This document shows positions 61,072-64,000 of a DNA stretch of 64,000 nt, piece after piece. The first letter of the stretch is position 1; each line of letters opens with the position of its first letter. The DNA lies in the NCBI GenBank assembly GCA_963717525.1, contig OY970343.1:2144001-2208000 (forward strand). Direction: 5' to 3'. The notes beneath the pieces are model-generated. The model was not told the DNA's origin. It made no database searches and saw nothing but the letters and a program-made list of their open reading frames with translations. This stretch comes from an uncultured Methanoregulaceae archaeon. GTDB lineage: Archaea > Halobacteriota > Methanomicrobia > Methanomicrobiales > Methanospirillaceae. The translations under genes and the position numbers were made by a program.

Positions 61072-61429
61072 TAAGGGGATGAGACCTGATAACGTGTATC
61101 TTATCTTGTGAAGCCGGTGGTCTATACATTAAGTACTTTGATAATCTTATCTAGAAGTCTGCAGGCCGCCTTATTCTCTTCTATCATTCCCCATATCCTG
61201 TAAGCCCCCTACGCACTTTCCCAATTATTCTATTCTCAGGAAACAAACTCATATTCACGGTCACATATTCAGAAAGGGTACGAAGCTCGGCCTCTATTGG
61301 GACAGTCCGGTTCCGGTGGCTGGTTCTTCCCACAACACTTATTACCCCACCCCTACCATAGTATAAAGCACCATTCATGGAGCAGCGGATTATCCGTTGC
61401 GAGTGTCTGAGAAGATGCGAGATTCCTCT

Positions 61430-61514
61430 GTTGAGGTAGCCAAGCCTGGTATGGCGCAGGTTTGCTAAACCTGTGTCCCCTTGGGACTCGAGGGTTCAAA
61501 TCCCTCCCTCAGCG
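61430..61514 (+). tRNA. tRNA-Ser (GCT)
   Basis: GTTGAGG acceptor pairing with CCTCAGC, anticodon arm CAGGT-TTGCTAA-ACCTG, long variable arm and GGTTCAAATCC T-loop. Confidence 0.95.
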
Positions 61515-61549
61515 CTTCAAAGAGACAATCTCAAAATCGAGGGGATTGG

Positions 61550-62011
61550 ATGGCACAGGAAGAAGAAATAAGATACTTTGTACGGATTGGCACGACCGAT
61601 CTGGACGGCACGAAGTCGGTGCGGGTAGCACTGACCGGCATCAAGGGTGTCGGCAGGCATTCCTCCACGGTCATCTCACGGATGGCCAAGGTTGACGAGT
61701 ACGCGAAGCTCGGCCTCATGGACGAGGAGTCAGTCAACCGGATCCGCGCCGCGGTTGAGAAATACTCCGGTAACATCCCGCAGTGGATGGCAAACCGGCC
61801 AAAAGACCTCTACACCGGCGAGACCAAGCACCTTATTGGTGGCGACGTTGCGCTTGCCCGCGACGAAGACATCAACATGATGCGGAAGATCCGCTGCTAC
61901 AAGGGCATCCGGCACGAGACCGGCCAGAAAGTCCGCGGGCAGCGCACCAAGTCGACCGGCAGGACCGGCATGACTGTCGGTGTCAAGAAGACCAAGGAAG
62001 GAGGCCAGTAA
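61550..62011 (+). CDS. rps13: 30S ribosomal protein S13
   Basis: [15 protein letters not shown] and [14 protein letters not shown]. Confidence 0.97.
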   Translation: MAQEEEIRYFVRIGTTDLDGTKSVRVALTGIKGVGRHSSTVISRMAKVDEYAKLGLMDEESVNRIRAAVEKYSGNIPQWMANRPKDLYTGETKHLIGGDVALARDEDINMMRKIRCYKGIRHETGQKVRGQRTKSTGRTGMTVGVKKTKEGGQ

Positions 62012-62014
62012 GCC

Positions 62015-62572
62015 ATGGGATACCCAGGCAAGAACCACAAGTCTTACCAGACGCCCAAGCGCCCGTGGGAGAAGACCCGGATCGAGGAAGAGACCCGGCT
62101 TGTCATCGAGTACGGCCTGCGCAACAAGCGCGAGGTCTGGAAGGCACAGAGCCACTTACGGAAGTACCGTAAGGCCGCCCGTGAACTGCTCGCCCTTATG
62201 TCCAACAGCGCTGATCCGGCGTTCTTCGATGCGAAAAAGACCGAACTTATCAGCCACATGCAGCGTATGGGCCTTCTCGGTCCCGACGCGGACATCGACA
62301 ACGTCCTCGCCCTCAAGACCCCGGCCCATCTCGAACGCCGGCTCCAGACCCTTGTCTACCGGAAGGGCCTCGCCCGCTCGCCGAAGCAGGCACGCCAGTT
62401 CGTCACGCACGGCCACATCGCGATTGCCGGCCGGCGTGTCACCATCCCGGGATACCTCGTGACCCGCGGGGAAGAGACCGGGATCTCCTATTACGGAACA
62501 TCCCCGTTCCAGGACGCTGCCCATGCAGAAAGGACCCGGATCACCAAGCCCCAGGGCGCAGGAGTGAATTAA
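62015..62572 (+). CDS. rps4: 30S ribosomal protein S4
   Basis: [17 protein letters not shown] and [10 protein letters not shown]. Confidence 0.97.
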   Translation: MGYPGKNHKSYQTPKRPWEKTRIEEETRLVIEYGLRNKREVWKAQSHLRKYRKAARELLALMSNSADPAFFDAKKTELISHMQRMGLLGPDADIDNVLALKTPAHLERRLQTLVYRKGLARSPKQARQFVTHGHIAIAGRRVTIPGYLVTRGEETGISYYGTSPFQDAAHAERTRITKPQGAGVN

Positions 62573-62573
62573 G

Positions 62574-62972
62574 ATGGCGGCAAACGACAAGGAAAAGTGG
62601 GGCATCGCACATATCTTTGCCTCCTTTAACAACACGATCATCACCGTCACCGATCTTTCCGGTGCAGAAACCGTCACCAAGTCGAGCGGTGGCATGGTCG
62701 TCAAGCAGGACCGGAACGAAAGTTCCCCGTACGCGGCCATGCAGATGGCGGCAAACGTCGCCGCAGTAGCCCGCGAGAAGGGCATCGTCGGTGTCCATGT
62801 GAAAGTCCGGGCACCCGGCCAGGGCAAACAGCGCAGCCCCGGGCCCGGCGCCCAGGCAGCTATCCGTGCACTTGCCCGGGCGGGCATGCGCATCGGAAGG
62901 ATTGAAGACGTTACACCTGTCCCGCACGACTCATGCCGTCCGAAGGGTGGCAGACGGGGAAGGAGAGTGTGA
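62574..62972 (+). CDS. rps11: 30S ribosomal protein S11
   Basis: [28 protein letters not shown] and [10 protein letters not shown]. Confidence 0.97.
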   Translation: MAANDKEKWGIAHIFASFNNTIITVTDLSGAETVTKSSGGMVVKQDRNESSPYAAMQMAANVAAVAREKGIVGVHVKVRAPGQGKQRSPGPGAQAAIRALARAGMRIGRIEDVTPVPHDSCRPKGGRRGRRV

Positions 62973-63802
62973 TGGAGATCGAATTCGCGAGTCTGGACGA
63001 CACCCTTGCACGATTCACGCTCTCAGGAGCGAAGCCCGGATTTACCAATACGTTCCGCAGGGCAATGATCGGCGAGGTGCCGACCCTTGCCATCGAGGAT
63101 GTGCGCATCTACGACAACACGAGCGCGCTCTTCGACGAGATGCTGGCGCACCGCCTCGGGCTTATTCCCATCAGGACCGATCTTACCAGTTATTCGACTC
63201 AGGACACCTGTTCGTGCGGGGGGGCAGGCTGCCCGTCCTGCACGGTGACGTTCACGCTCAGCGTTGAGGGCCCCAAGCTGGTCACGTCAAGCGACCTCAT
63301 CCCGCAGGACCCCAAGGCTGCGCCCGTGAACGACAACATCCCCATCGTGAAGCTCGTAAAAGGGCAGAAACTGGTCATCGAAGCGCGTGCTGTCCTCAAC
63401 AAGGGCAAGGTGCACGCAAAATGGCAACCGACCCTCGTGTGCGGGTACAAGAATCACCCGATCATCACAATCAGCCCCACCTGCGACGCGTGCGGGATGT
63501 GCGTGGACGAATGTCCCCGCACCATCCTTGCCGTCAAAGGCAAGAAAGTCGAGGTCATCGAGGGCAAGCTTCCCGACTGCTCCATGTGCAGACTCTGTGA
63601 ACGGGCCTGCATGGCGAGCGGGATCGGGGAGGAACCCGCGATCAGGATCTCCGCCTCGCCCGACCGGTATATTTTTGCGGTCGAGGGAGACGGGTCGCTG
63701 CCCGCAAAAGAGATCATGGTTCAGGCGCTTTCCTACATAAAGGAGCAGGCAAACGAGCTGGAGAGACAGACAAGCGAGATTTCAGGGGAGGAAAAGAAAT
63801 GA
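62972..63802 (+). CDS. rpoD: DNA-directed RNA polymerase subunit D (Rpo3) with ferredoxin-like domain
   Basis: NTFRRAM, LAHRLGLIP, HAKWQP, CDACGMCVDECP and CSMCRLCERAC. Confidence 0.96.
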   Translation: MEIEFASLDDTLARFTLSGAKPGFTNTFRRAMIGEVPTLAIEDVRIYDNTSALFDEMLAHRLGLIPIRTDLTSYSTQDTCSCGGAGCPSCTVTFTLSVEGPKLVTSSDLIPQDPKAAPVNDNIPIVKLVKGQKLVIEARAVLNKGKVHAKWQPTLVCGYKNHPIITISPTCDACGMCVDECPRTILAVKGKKVEVIEGKLPDCSMCRLCERACMASGIGEEPAIRISASPDRYIFAVEGDGSLPAKEIMVQALSYIKEQANELERQTSEISGEEKK

Positions 63803-64000
63803 CACGACAAGTGGAGAAGACGAACCCCCGTCTTACCAACCTCATTATGCTCTTGAAGAATTCATCACGGGAGAATGAGGCCAAGATCTGGCGCGAAATT
63901 GCAGGCAGGCTGGAGACCCCCAACCGGAACTACGCGGAGGTCAACCTGTCCAAGATTAACCGCTACGCCCACAACGGCGAGATCATCCTCGTACCCGGGA
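63799..64000 (+). CDS. rpl18e: 50S ribosomal protein L18e (partial, runs off the window)
   Basis: Manual translation MTRQVEKTNPRLTNLI...AKIWREIAGRL...AEVNLSKINRY...ILVPG. Confidence 0.93.
   Translation, partial: MTRQVEKTNPRLTNLIMLLKNSSRENEAKIWREIAGRLETPNRNYAEVNLSKINRYAHNGEIILVPG

Overview
GC-rich euryarchaeal chromosome segment. Gene content, ribosomal-protein sequences and REC/PAS-rich signalling point to a Methanomicrobiales methanogen, probably Methanoregula-like (inference). It is mostly core housekeeping: ileS, thg1, dtdA-ftsZ-secE-spt5, rpl11-rpl1-rplP0-rpl12, hypF, apgM, rps3ae-pcc1-DHH-rps15, oapA/arvA plus oapC, a five-gene CBS cluster, tRNA-Ser-rps13-rps4-rps11-rpoD-rpl18e, and tRNA-Lys. 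An accessory block of about 11 kb separates spt5 from rpl11. It holds a repeat lipoprotein, a flavoprotein-DUF169-DUF169 operon, MFS/ABC transporters and an AT-rich pair of membrane-protein genes. Non-coding signals include an L1-type autoregulatory hairpin before rpl1, a structured leader before rps15, several palindromic operators, and a dispersed inverted-repeat element (core CCGACCCCCTCC). That element sits beside AT-rich foreign-looking DNA in front of two ribosomal operons. About a dozen single-base frameshifts, including in ftsZ, rplP0 and hypF, are most likely sequencing or assembly indels. I found no CRISPR array, transposase, integrase or rRNA, and I cannot demonstrate a novel system from sequence alone; the best candidates are listed as findings.
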